A DNA stretch of 45,719 nucleotides, taken from positions 1-45,719 of IMG/VR virus record IMGVR_UViG_3300020432_000014; one strand, written 5' to 3'. The position numbers and the translations under genes are program-made. The notes below the pieces were generated by a model that saw only the letters and a program-made list of their open reading frames with translations, was not told where the DNA came from and searched no databases. This document shows, one piece after another, positions 1 through 7,721 of the stretch. How positions within the stretch are numbered: the first letter of the stretch is position 1; each line of letters opens with the position of its first letter. The DNA comes from a virus. Its lineage: Duplodnaviria > Caudoviricetes.

Positions 1-479
1 GAAGTAGAAGCAGCCATGATTTTACTGCCGTTTTCAAGTTCCAGAGAGCCTCTGTTCCAGTTGACGACTCCTTGTTGCATCCAGTTTGGGAGGTTTTCAT
101 ATGACAGTTGTAATCTTTGTAGCATTTCTCTTGCAGTCGCTGCTTTGTTAGCAAGGATTGCAACGTTTACGTTATCATTAAACAGCGTATACCATAACAG
201 ATAGGCAGTAACAACTGTTGACTTACCTGACTGTCTTGGTAGTTTAGCAATATTGAATCTATTCTCATGAAACTTGTTGACCATGTCCGCTTGGAAGTCA
301 TACAAGTCAAAAGGGACTAAACCTTTATCTAGTGAGATAATCTTAATGTAGTTTGTTATGAAGTAAACAGGGTCTTGACTACACTTTACGAATTCTTCTA
401 CTTGCTTAGGTGTAAAATTCTGAGCAATGTTTGCACGTTTTAGATTCGGATTACCTAGATATATTTCGTTTTGTGCCAT
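1..479 (-). CDS. g17: Terminase large subunit (T4 gp17-like), 5' part; runs off the window edge
   Basis: Not in the ORF track. Manual translation from ATG at 479: MAQNEIYLGNPNLKRANIAQNFT...FNIAKLPRQSGKSTVV...ILANKAATAREML...LELENGSKIMAASTS. Has the YLGNPNLK N-terminus and PRQSGKS Walker A typical of T4-like gp17. Confidence 0.96.
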   Translation of the reverse strand, partial: MAQNEIYLGNPNLKRANIAQNFTPKQVEEFVKCSQDPVYFITNYIKIISLDKGLVPFDLYDFQADMVNKFHENRFNIAKLPRQSGKSTVVTAYLLWYTLFNDNVNVAILANKAATAREMLQRLQLSYENLPNWMQQGVVNWNRGSLELENGSKIMAAST

Positions 480-1154
480 CTAGGGTTTATCAAATAGGAT
501 GTTGTTTATATATTTATCTGCCCACTCTTCACTAAACCATTGACTAAGCACTGCTTTTGTTTTCTTATTCTTTCTTTGCGAAGTAGTATACCAACACTGG
601 TCATCTAATCTTTTCATAATACCAACCCAGTCATCAGACCATTGTGCTGTCTGCACCTCAGTGCAGTATATCCTGAGATACTCGAGAACTACCTGATAGA
701 ATTTGTTTTGCTCCTCTTCTGTCTTTAGTCTTGCAAACTTACAGTAAGGTGAGAATATCTCACCCCATTCGGGTAGTTGACGATTATCTTTAAATTGTAT
801 TTGTTTACTGATAGGTGACAACTTGTCACTCCAGTCCACACCATCTACAAATGATATGTCTACAATAGCAGCAGTAACCCCTGCATGAGTTTGTATTATA
901 TCTGCACCAAATATAGGCAGATAGTATGCAGGGTCTGGCCAAAAGACACAGTGGACAATTTGTATTTTATCTGTTTCTGCTGTCTCTAAATGAATCCTTC
1001 TTAGTCCTTTAGACTTCCACATTTCATTTTTAATAACAACCTTCTCGTGTGTTATTAAGTCATGCAGAGTAGTTATTTGCTCTAACTCTGGGAAGTCTGC
1101 GATACTACATCTAATTAGATTAGCAAGGTCATCACGTACGCTTGGAAAGGGCAT
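480..1154 (-). CDS. pcyA: Phycocyanobilin:ferredoxin oxidoreductase (ferredoxin-dependent bilin reductase)
   Basis: Motifs RRIHLE, IVHCVFWPDP..LPIFGADI, RQLPEWGEIFSPYC, QRKNKKT, WADKYI..LFD. His-x-Glu, His and Asp equivalents of PcyA H74/E76/H88/D105 are present. ATG at 1154 preferred over the upstream start at 1181 in the ORF track. Confidence 0.88.
   Translation of the reverse strand: MPFPSVRDDLANLIRCSIADFPELEQITTLHDLITHEKVVIKNEMWKSKGLRRIHLETAETDKIQIVHCVFWPDPAYYLPIFGADIIQTHAGVTAAIVDISFVDGVDWSDKLSPISKQIQFKDNRQLPEWGEIFSPYCKFARLKTEEEQNKFYQVVLEYLRIYCTEVQTAQWSDDWVGIMKRLDDQCWYTTSQRKNKKTKAVLSQWFSEEWADKYINNILFDKP
511..518 (-). promoter_or_regulatory. Putative T4-type late promoter (GATAAATA) upstream of g17
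   Basis: NATAAATA on the minus strand ~30 nt before the g17 ATG, inside the pcyA 3' end. Confidence 0.45.
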
Positions 1155-1299
1155 AACCAACTCCAATGAAAAGCACAGCAAATACCAATAACACTAGGGG
1201 AGAGGTTACGATTGGGTCCCAGTTACCATGCTGTATGAGTGGTTGCTTTTCCCACGTACCTGGTAAATGATATACCGAAGGGTGTGATGCAAATATCAT
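1132..1299 (-). CDS. Small membrane protein, 55 aa (MIFASHPSVYHLPGTWEKQP...LVLLVFAVLFIGVGYALSKRT)
   Basis: Manual ORF below the track cutoff. ATG overlaps the upstream stop (ATGA at 1296-1299). One hydrophobic helix. Fills the gap exactly. Confidence 0.75.
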   Translation of the reverse strand: MIFASHPSVYHLPGTWEKQPLIQHGNWDPIVTSPLVLLVFAVLFIGVGYALSKRT

Positions 1300-1511
1300 C
1301 TGCCTAAAAAATAATGATTAATGATTTCAATTTTCTCATGTGCTTGAGCAATAGCAGCAATCTCGCCATCTATCGCTGCCATAACATCTGAGTGCTCACC
1401 TATACCTACAGGTTGGTTGAGATAAATTTCTACGTTTTGTGAATGCTTTGCAATCAAACCATTGTAGTATACGATTTGATTATTCAGAATGTTGTCACGC
1501 AAGTTGACCAT
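1296..1511 (-). CDS. Hypothetical protein, 71 aa
   Basis: Co-oriented and tightly packed; YL..PVGIGEH motif that I recall from T4-like phage hypotheticals. Confidence 0.8.
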   Translation of the reverse strand: MVNLRDNILNNQIVYYNGLIAKHSQNVEIYLNQPVGIGEHSDVMAAIDGEIAAIAQAHEKIEIINHYFLGR

Positions 1512-1514
1512 AAA

Positions 1515-1979
1515 TTAACCTTCAATTAGTGTGCCTTGTGACCTACGAATCTCACGTAGCTCTTCAAAATTTTTATTCTTTGCGCCCCCATCATACTCCC
1601 ACGCATACCCTTCGGCAATCATTTGTTCGTTGAGCGATACATCATCATCACCAACATATAACCAACCAAGCAGACGCCCATACTTACCCATCCCGCCTTT
1701 GAGTTCAGTTCGTATAGTAAGTTCATGCTCTCCATTGATTGTGTCCTCAAGTGTACCTTTCATCCAGTTAGTAGCATCTATACCCAATGCTTTTTCTTCT
1801 AAGTCTCTTGTCCTTTTCTCAGGTGTATCAATACCCGCTATTCTCACACGCTCGTGTTTGTAGATATCAAATCCTAAGTCAATAACAACGTCAATGGTAT
1901 CACCATCAACTACTTTAACAATTTCTGTGACGCGAAAGTTATAACAACTTTTACGACTTGGGGGTGTCATTGCTCCCAT
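1515..1979 (-). CDS. Thermonuclease (staphylococcal nuclease, SNase) family nuclease
   Basis: VVDGDTIDV, RVRIAGIDTPE, GKYGRLLG and LNEQMIAEGYA are the SNase catalytic motifs. Confidence 0.9.
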   Translation of the reverse strand: MGAMTPPSRKSCYNFRVTEIVKVVDGDTIDVVIDLGFDIYKHERVRIAGIDTPEKRTRDLEEKALGIDATNWMKGTLEDTINGEHELTIRTELKGGMGKYGRLLGWLYVGDDDVSLNEQMIAEGYAWEYDGGAKNKNFEELREIRRSQGTLIEG

Positions 1980-2082
1980 CGTTCATCTCCGAGTATGCAT
2001 ACTTCATTATATAGCCGATGACAATAGACACCGAAATAACTAATATAAGTATCATAATATTCACGGAGTGGACGACAGTCAT
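1951..2082 (-). CDS. Small membrane protein, 43 aa (MTVVHSVNIMILILVISVSIVIGYIMKYAYSEMNDGSNDTPKS)
   Basis: Manual ORF; ATGA overlap with the upstream stop; single TM helix. Confidence 0.7.
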   Translation of the reverse strand: MTVVHSVNIMILILVISVSIVIGYIMKYAYSEMNDGSNDTPKS

Positions 2083-2162
2083 TTTTTAGACTCTTCGTAT
2101 TGGTATACCAAAAATAGTCCTAGTGTTACCCAGAAAACTATCTCAAGACCATAACCAGACAT
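2079..2162 (-). CDS. Very small membrane protein, 27 aa (MSGYGLEIVFWVTLGLFLVYQYEESKK)
   Basis: Manual ORF; TAATG overlap at its start and ATGA overlap at its end, consistent with translational coupling on both sides. Confidence 0.62.
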   Translation of the reverse strand: MSGYGLEIVFWVTLGLFLVYQYEESKK

Positions 2163-2467
2163 TATGTAATAAGTGGTAGTATTTGCTCCTTTACCTTATC
2201 TGCAATCTCGCCAACGATATTGATATCTATACCCATGAATGGTGGAATGAATCCAATCATTCTAAAGAATCCTTCTGCAAACAATGCTAGAAAAACAAAA
2301 CCTAATACCATACTAATCAAGCCAGCATTTCTATTGTGCTGACGGATAGCATCGTCTATCATTTCTTGTACTTGTGCTTCAGTTACAGTGATTGTTTTTT
2401 CTTTGGATGGTTTCTTATCCTTCAAAACAGTTGTTACTGGAAACTCTCTATATGCTGTTGATAACAT
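2162..2467 (-). CDS. Hypothetical membrane protein, 101 aa
   Basis: ORF track; hydrophobic segment after the IDDAIRQHNRNA motif; first gene downstream of the promoters at 2488-2544. Confidence 0.8.
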   Translation of the reverse strand: MLSTAYREFPVTTVLKDKKPSKEKTITVTEAQVQEMIDDAIRQHNRNAGLISMVLGFVFLALFAEGFFRMIGFIPPFMGIDINIVGEIADKVKEQILPLIT

Positions 2468-2487
2468 GGACTTTCTCTACTAAGGGT

Positions 2488-2494
2488 TATTTAG
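2488..2494 (-). promoter_or_regulatory. Putative late promoter variant CTAAATA
   Basis: Intergenic, ~20 nt upstream of the ATG at 2467. Confidence 0.45.
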
Positions 2495-2515
2495 ATAATA
2501 AGGTAAGTCAACACC

Positions 2516-2544
2516 ATTATAGATGCTGATATATTATTTGTCAA
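2516..2544 (-). promoter_or_regulatory. Consensus sigma70 (host-type, early) promoter TTGACA-N17-TATAAT
   Basis: Minus strand reads TTGACA aataatatatcagcatc TATAAT: both hexamers perfect, 17-bp spacer, intergenic. Confidence 0.9.
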
Positions 2545-2552
2545 GGATATAT

Positions 2553-2714
2553 TCAATCTAGTTTAACTACATATTCGCTTGCGTGTGGATGTCCCACTAA
2601 CTCAGGTAAATCCAGTTTTGCTTGTCGAATAGCATTGTATGCATCATCGGCATACTCGCAAATCTCGTGAGTATGATTGGTTGTATCATGATAACCTACA
2701 AGGTAATGTGCCAT
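2553..2714 (-). CDS. Small His-rich protein, 53 aa (MAHYLVGYHDTTNHTHEICEYADDAYNAIRQAKLDLPELVGHPHASEYVVKLD)
   Basis: Manual ORF with a GGAG RBS just upstream; fills the gap between PTOX and the sigma70 promoter. Confidence 0.8.
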   Translation of the reverse strand: MAHYLVGYHDTTNHTHEICEYADDAYNAIRQAKLDLPELVGHPHASEYVVKLD

Positions 2715-2748
2715 GATTCTCCGTCATATACTATTAGTATTTACCGAA

Positions 2749-2779
2749 CCACATACATTCTGGTCTCAGAAATATGTGG
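2749..2779 (-). other. Intergenic stem-loop downstream of PTOX
   Basis: CCACATA-T-TTCTG-agac-CAGAA-TG-TATGTGG on the minus strand (~12-13 bp stem, one bulge); no U-tract. Confidence 0.6.
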
Positions 2780-2785
2780 ACTCAC

Positions 2786-3289
2786 TCACACAATCATCGC
2801 CATTGCATCATGCAATTCATGAGCATGCTTGAGCTCATCCTCTGCTATCTCTGCAATTTTCTTATCTTCTGGATGATATGCAAGGTATTTAATATAAGTT
2901 TCATACGCATGCTTTTCTATCTTCATGTTGATGTCGTAAGCGTCCATAGGATCGATGAGATAGTAAGCAACCATAATCCAATAATAAACCAAAACAAGAT
3001 GCTTGGCAAAGAAGCGGTCAACCCAATACTTGTTACCTTCTCTGAGCTCCATTTCTTCCAAATGTTCTGTTTCATTTAATGCCTGATAGAAGTGCTCCTT
3101 CATTAGATATATGTGTTCCTCTCCTCTAAGTCCCAGTGATTCACGAAAATGTAACACACTTATAAATGAGAAGTATGGTGCTCTTGCAATAACTTCTAAT
3201 ACCCAAAACCTTTGAAAGTCTCTACCTCTGTAGAGGAAGTCAAGGATGTATATTGTGGTATCTAATACCCAAGTGTTAAATTGTTTCAT
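2786..3289 (-). CDS. ptox: Plastoquinol terminal oxidase (PTOX, AOX-family di-iron protein)
   Basis: FWVLEVIARAPYFSFISVLH, NETEHL, EKHAYETY and DELKH: di-iron E / ExxH ligands. Confidence 0.95.
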   Translation of the reverse strand: MKQFNTWVLDTTIYILDFLYRGRDFQRFWVLEVIARAPYFSFISVLHFRESLGLRGEEHIYLMKEHFYQALNETEHLEEMELREGNKYWVDRFFAKHLVLVYYWIMVAYYLIDPMDAYDINMKIEKHAYETYIKYLAYHPEDKKIAEIAEDELKHAHELHDAMAMIV

Positions 3290-3428
3290 TTCTTTCTGTG
3301 AGTCCTAGAGATTGTAAATATTGTATCCACCAATCTGGATTGGTGTTTCTTTTCCAGTTAGGGACTGGTAAACCTTTTGCTGAGTAATATTTGAGAATGA
3401 CATCATCGATAATCTGTTTTATCTCCAT
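3276..3428 (-). CDS. Hypothetical protein, ~50 aa (MEIKQIIDD...PDWWIQYL...)
   Basis: ORF track 3276..3548; ATG at 3428 preferred because it minimises overlap with the upstream gene. Confidence 0.65.
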   Translation of the reverse strand: MEIKQIIDDVILKYYSAKGLPVPNWKRNTNPDWWIQYLQSLGLTERNETI

Positions 3429-3621
3429 ACTCTTCTTCCTCCTCATCAAGGTCTGCATACGGATTTTCCACATAGGGTCCTCGTTTTCTAAAGGGTTCCT
3501 GTTTAACATAGTCTGATTCCGCAGATACAGCAGATAACCAAACAGCAAGTTTCATAACTATGTAGATGAATACTAGGGGTAAAAAACATGCAACTAAGAT
3601 AAATTGTGATTTGAAAACCAT
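3403..3621 (-). CDS. Hypothetical membrane protein, 72 aa, acidic C-terminus
   Basis: ORF track; N-terminal TM helix; TAATG coupling at 3619-3623. Confidence 0.75.
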   Translation of the reverse strand: MVFKSQFILVACFLPLVFIYIVMKLAVWLSAVSAESDYVKQEPFRKRGPYVENPYADLDEEEEEYGDKTDYR

Positions 3622-3782
3622 TAGTATGAAGCTTCTTCCAACACGTAGTCGGGAGCTAGTTTTATATAATTAATTTTATCATTATAAGTTGATAGAATTC
3701 TATCCCAAATAAATTCAAACTCTTCTTCTGATAGGTTTTTAAAGATAGGTTTGTCGTGCCAATAGATGTGATAGGTATACAT
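3621..3782 (-). CDS. Hypothetical protein, 53 aa (MYTYHIYWHDKPIFKNLSEEEFEFIWDRIL...EEASY)
   Basis: Manual ORF; TAATG overlaps at both ends. Confidence 0.78.
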   Translation of the reverse strand: MYTYHIYWHDKPIFKNLSEEEFEFIWDRILSTYNDKINYIKLAPDYVLEEASY

Positions 3783-4255
3783 TATTCTCCTAGTGTGTGG
3801 ACTACTGGTTTTTCTTGAGTAAGTGCATTATATAAGTCAATGTTAGTAGCACAAGAGACTGGATAAAATTCAGCATTTGAATCAAACCCATCATATCTCT
3901 TTGCTTGATTTATTACGATACTACCTTTGTCTCCCGATTGTGACCTATGAAATGTGCCACGAGGTATAACTAACGCACCACTATGCACATTGAGATGCAC
4001 TATGTGGTATGGATACTTCCAACTGTAGTTTACCAACTCGAAAGTCCTCTCTCCCGATACAACTCTGTTATAGTCGTCTTGAAAACTATGTATATAAAAT
4101 TGTTTTGCTCCTACCGAATCATTAGGTGGTGATATAGCAGGACCTGAATGGACTACTAAATCAGATGCATTTGATTCATCTACAGAGATATCATAAAAAA
4201 TAACATCGTCTGTCTCTCGAAACACACGATGTTTTTTAAAATGGACGTCACTCAT
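3782..4255 (-). CDS. RmlC-like cupin-fold protein
   Basis: Cupin-like motifs FYIHSFQDD..VVSGERTFEL and GALVIPRGTFHRS. From memory it resembles a picocyanobacterial/cyanophage family loosely annotated as 'hemagglutinin/redox protein'. Confidence 0.65.
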   Translation of the reverse strand: MSDVHFKKHRVFRETDDVIFYDISVDESNASDLVVHSGPAISPPNDSVGAKQFYIHSFQDDYNRVVSGERTFELVNYSWKYPYHIVHLNVHSGALVIPRGTFHRSQSGDKGSIVINQAKRYDGFDSNAEFYPVSCATNIDLYNALTQEKPVVHTLGE

Positions 4256-4476
4256 TACTTGTTGTGTGCTTGTTTATGTCCTTCTACTATAGCATCAACG
4301 ATGATTTTTTTCAACTCTCTAGATTTCTTTTTACCAAGTCCTGCTCTGGTATCAATTTTTACCTTGACCCAATAGAGTCCAATAAGGCAAAGTATAAATG
4401 GGAAAGCATCTTTCCATTCAATAGTATTATATGCGTTAGCAAGGTCACCAACGACTCCAAAAATTAACAATTCCAT
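4255..4476 (-). CDS. Hypothetical membrane protein, 73 aa
   Basis: ORF track; TM segment; TAATG coupling to the cupin gene; GATAAATA at 4490-4497 upstream. Confidence 0.75.
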   Translation of the reverse strand: MELLIFGVVGDLANAYNTIEWKDAFPFILCLIGLYWVKVKIDTRAGLGKKKSRELKKIIVDAIVEGHKQAHNK

Positions 4477-4736
4477 GCTCTTAATGATTTATTTATCCTG
4501 CTATCAGGATCGCTCGCTGTTTTTTTAGAAGTCAACTTCTTCTTCATTCCCTTCATTCTAGCACAGAAACTAGCACGTCGTGGATTGCCAACCTTTTTAC
4601 TAGGTGCTTTTAAATCGCTACCTGGGTTAGCACGCTCATAAGACTTGCGACCCTTTTCATTGAGTCCACCAGACTTATTCTTGCCTTCCTTCTTTTGCCA
4701 TGCTTCTTCAGCAATGAATTGGGAAAATGTTTTCAT
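4464..4736 (-). CDS. Basic 90-aa protein (DUF6321-like) with an N-terminal T4-type capsid targeting sequence; candidate internal head protein
   Basis: Begins MKTFSQFIAE (compare T4 IPII/IPIII MKTYQEFIAE). Body GGLNEKGRKSY...DLKAP...RRASFCARMKG...SLRAWNC is as I recall DUF6321. Confidence 0.75.
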   Translation of the reverse strand: MKTFSQFIAEEAWQKKEGKNKSGGLNEKGRKSYERANPGSDLKAPSKKVGNPRRASFCARMKGMKKKLTSKKTASDPDSRINKSLRAWNC

Positions 4737-4870
4737 GGTTTCTTAGGACAATGCTCTTCATGTTTTTCAATGTAAGTGCGAGGTCTCCAATGTCCACGTG
4801 GGGCAGTGAGTCCGCAATAAGCACAATACCAAACACCGTAACCTTCAGCATCAATTTTATGCTCAGCCAT
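4733..4870 (-). CDS. Small zinc-finger-like protein, 45 aa (MAEHKIDAEGYGVWYCAYCGLTAPRGHWRPRTYIEKHEEHCPKKP)
   Basis: Manual ORF overlapping both neighbours (ATGA at 4733-4736); W-x-C-x2-C-x17-H-x3-C pattern. Confidence 0.72.
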   Translation of the reverse strand: MAEHKIDAEGYGVWYCAYCGLTAPRGHWRPRTYIEKHEEHCPKKP

Positions 4871-7181
4871 AATGATACGCTCCTTTGTTTTGTTTCTTAG
4901 GAAGTGACTTACCTCTGACTTTATTGCCAGAAGTTTCTCCTTGACCTGAGGGGTTAGAGCCAGGCTTGGATTTTCCTATATTTATAGACTTCCCAGGTTT
5001 CTTGCTTTCGGTATCATGTAGTCTTGCGGGTTTATTTTTATCCTTAGTGACTACAGATTCTTGTCCGTGCTTTCTACCTAGACGACGCATGGTTTTTCCA
5101 AACTTCCGCTTGGACATTTTAGCAGGTTTTGAAGTCTGATAGGAGACTTCTGTGCCAGTTTCACCACTGTCATACTTATACTTGCCTACACCTTTAGTGT
5201 AACCAATCCCCTTTTTCTTTAAGTCTTTTTCGAGTCCCTTACGAGACTCTTTATTCTTTTTTTCGTCGCCACCTCTATCTGCAGATATATTACCTGTAAC
5301 AGAAGTTTTAGACTTATGTAACATTCTAGCAGTTTTATTGCCTTCTGTAAAGTAGCTCTTAAAACTTACGTGCTCATACTTGTTTCTACCTGATGGTGAG
5401 GGCACTGTGCTATCAAAATGAGGATTGTTTTTAGCAGCATCAGACTGTGAATCTCTCTTCTTCTGTAGCATCTTTGCTTTTCTATCAAGATACTTCTTCA
5501 TAGCACCTGATGGTTTACCTGACCCTTTGTATAAACCATAAGAAGTGCCTTCTTTCTGAGTCTTCTTTTTCTTTAATGCTTTATATTCTTTTGTTTTCTT
5601 TGGGTCAGCACCTAGAAAATAATCCATAGAAGACCCTTTACTATCATACTTTATTGCTTCATGTGTAAACTTCATACCCTTAGTTGCTTTGTCCTTAAGT
5701 GCCTGACGTTTCTTAGGGTCCATATTCTTTTCATATTCTTTAAATGCTTTAGAGCCATATCCTTTTAAGTCACCTTTCTTAGGTCCTGTATATACTTCTT
5801 CATTAGCGGGTAAGAAATTAACATACTTTCTATGCTCCTTGTCTCTCATTATCTTAGCAGCGATAGCACCCGCATCTCTACCAGTTGTTTTCTTAGCTGG
5901 TTTCTGTTTAATTCCTGCTGCTCTCTTCACCATACCCATCACACCTTCTTTCACTTCTTTCTTTTTCTTGTCAGCGTGATACTTCTTCATAGAAGGTAAC
6001 GGTGATTTTTCTGGGTCTCCACCTTTAGAGATACGTTTCTTCTCAAGTCTTGCAAGTATAGATGCGATGTCAGATTCTTTAACACAGTTAGGGACTGATT
6101 TACCACCCTTCATCTTAGTGCCTTTTGCTTTATAACCTGTCCAACAGGTTTTCTTATCTGGGTCTCTACCAATATTTCTCTTTGCTCTATCTAATGCTGT
6201 CTCTTTCTCATGTAAAACTTCTTCTGTCCTGTTATCTTCATTATTTTTATTAGACCACTTTACAGGTTTCATTTTGTCTTCTCTTTTCTGAGTGCTACCT
6301 TTTACACCTCTAGATGCTTTATGTTCTGTTTCTCTTTTAGATATTGCTTCACCTCTTCTATTTTCCTTTGTAGTGTTGTTGCCACCATAACCAAACCTTC
6401 TCATATTTCTTACGGATGCTTTACCATAATTAGAGCGTCCAGATTCCTGTGTTCCCTCTGGTATTACTTCTTCCTTATAAGTTTTCCCCATCCTATCACC
6501 ACTTGCTTTCTTTGCTAGTTTATCTCCTGCTTTCATCACACCATCCATTCTACTCATTTTCTTTGCATACTTAGGACCTGAGCGTGACTCAGGGTCTGAT
6601 GCTCTCTTAGCAACATCTTTTGTTGCCCCAATGATATAATTTCTCATTGTATTGGGACCAAGCTCGTTTAAAGATTGCTCATCAACTCCTTGCATTTGTC
6701 CTCTCCTGTTTTTTGCAGTTACGGTTGCAGGCATACCACCTGTTTCATCTTTCTTTTTATTGTGGACTGCTTTATGTTGTGCAGCCATTGCTTTTCTGTC
6801 ATCACAGTTTACATCTTCACCCATGATAGCACCTTTACCATACTGTTTACGTATGTTTGCTTTCACAATATCAAGTGCTGATTTACCCTTTTTCGGCTCA
6901 GGAGATCGCTTGTAACTTTTAGGCATAGTGGTTGCATCCTTCTTGCCTTTAGTTGGTGGAATCTTTCCCATATCTCTGAGATGGTCGTAACCTTCCTCAT
7001 TCATTTTCTTTTTCTCAGGTAAACCTTTATGTTTAGTAGATGCAAAATCTTTTGCATCAGATTTTTTTATGCTGGAAGCAACTCTGGCAACCTCAGGTGA
7101 GGCAGCTTTCGCTTGACCCTCCTTTTGAGCTTGTCGAACCATCCCGAAGAATCTTTGTTGTTTTCTCGAGACTGCGGGCAT
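4863..7181 (-). CDS. Lysine-rich modular 772-aa protein; putative internal-head polyprotein
   Basis: Very high K/R content; basic modules separated by short acidic hydrophobic-x-E linkers. Confidence 0.85.
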   Translation of the reverse strand: MPAVSRKQQRFFGMVRQAQKEGQAKAASPEVARVASSIKKSDAKDFASTKHKGLPEKKKMNEEGYDHLRDMGKIPPTKGKKDATTMPKSYKRSPEPKKGKSALDIVKANIRKQYGKGAIMGEDVNCDDRKAMAAQHKAVHNKKKDETGGMPATVTAKNRRGQMQGVDEQSLNELGPNTMRNYIIGATKDVAKRASDPESRSGPKYAKKMSRMDGVMKAGDKLAKKASGDRMGKTYKEEVIPEGTQESGRSNYGKASVRNMRRFGYGGNNTTKENRRGEAISKRETEHKASRGVKGSTQKREDKMKPVKWSNKNNEDNRTEEVLHEKETALDRAKRNIGRDPDKKTCWTGYKAKGTKMKGGKSVPNCVKESDIASILARLEKKRISKGGDPEKSPLPSMKKYHADKKKKEVKEGVMGMVKRAAGIKQKPAKKTTGRDAGAIAAKIMRDKEHRKYVNFLPANEEVYTGPKKGDLKGYGSKAFKEYEKNMDPKKRQALKDKATKGMKFTHEAIKYDSKGSSMDYFLGADPKKTKEYKALKKKKTQKEGTSYGLYKGSGKPSGAMKKYLDRKAKMLQKKRDSQSDAAKNNPHFDSTVPSPSGRNKYEHVSFKSYFTEGNKTARMLHKSKTSVTGNISADRGGDEKKNKESRKGLEKDLKKKGIGYTKGVGKYKYDSGETGTEVSYQTSKPAKMSKRKFGKTMRRLGRKHGQESVVTKDKNKPARLHDTESKKPGKSINIGKSKPGSNPSGQGETSGNKVRGKSLPKKQNKGAYHYG

Positions 7182-7187
7182 TCCTGA

Positions 7188-7721
7188 TTATCCTCCGACA
7201 ATCTGGACTTGCTCAACGACAACGTTGGCAGAACCTGCAGTAAGTTTGACTGCTTTTTGTATGACTGGGACTGTACCTGCTTCAAGTTTTGCTGAGGCAA
7301 GTGAATAATTTCCGCTAGCTCCTGATGCGTCATAATCTGTAGTGATTGTTGTATCTGTGATAGCAGTAATCTTCTTACCACCACTCGCTGCTGTTATAAA
7401 ATCAGATGTGAATGCAGTATCACCGTCTGCAGCAGTCGAGATGTAATCTCCGACTACGAATCTATGAGCAGGAGTACCACCACCTAATACAGTAACAACC
7501 ATAGTGGCAGCATTAGTCGCTGTTTTAATTTGAGCATTTTTCGATTTACCTACAGACAAAAGAATTGCTTCTCCTGCAGCAAGAGTTATAGCAGGTCCTG
7601 CATCAATCTGAATAGTTGAAGCACTTGCTGCATATGCACGAATCACGCCAGATTTTACAGTGATATAACCTGAGCCAGACCCTGTAATTGTTTGTGTGTC
7701 AATGACGTTTAATACTGACAT
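7188..7721 (-). CDS. Hypothetical beta-rich (T/G/A/V-rich) protein, probably virion structural, 177 aa
   Basis: ORF track; TAAGGAG RBS upstream; GATAAATA at 7747-7754. Confidence 0.75.
   Translation of the reverse strand: MSVLNVIDTQTITGSGSGYITVKSGVIRAYAASASTIQIDAGPAITLAAGEAILLSVGKSKNAQIKTATNAATMVVTVLGGGTPAHRFVVGDYISTAADGDTAFTSDFITAASGGKKITAITDTTITTDYDASGASGNYSLASAKLEAGTVPVIQKAVKLTAGSANVVVEQVQIVGG

Noticed and set aside
480-1181. Assignment as pebS or pcyX instead of pcyA
   Set aside because: The HLE, HCV, GAD and LPEWG.IFS motifs fit PcyA better; a phylogeny would settle it.
2506-2511. Second TTGACT -35-like hexamer
   Set aside because: No matching -10 element at 16-18 bp spacing.
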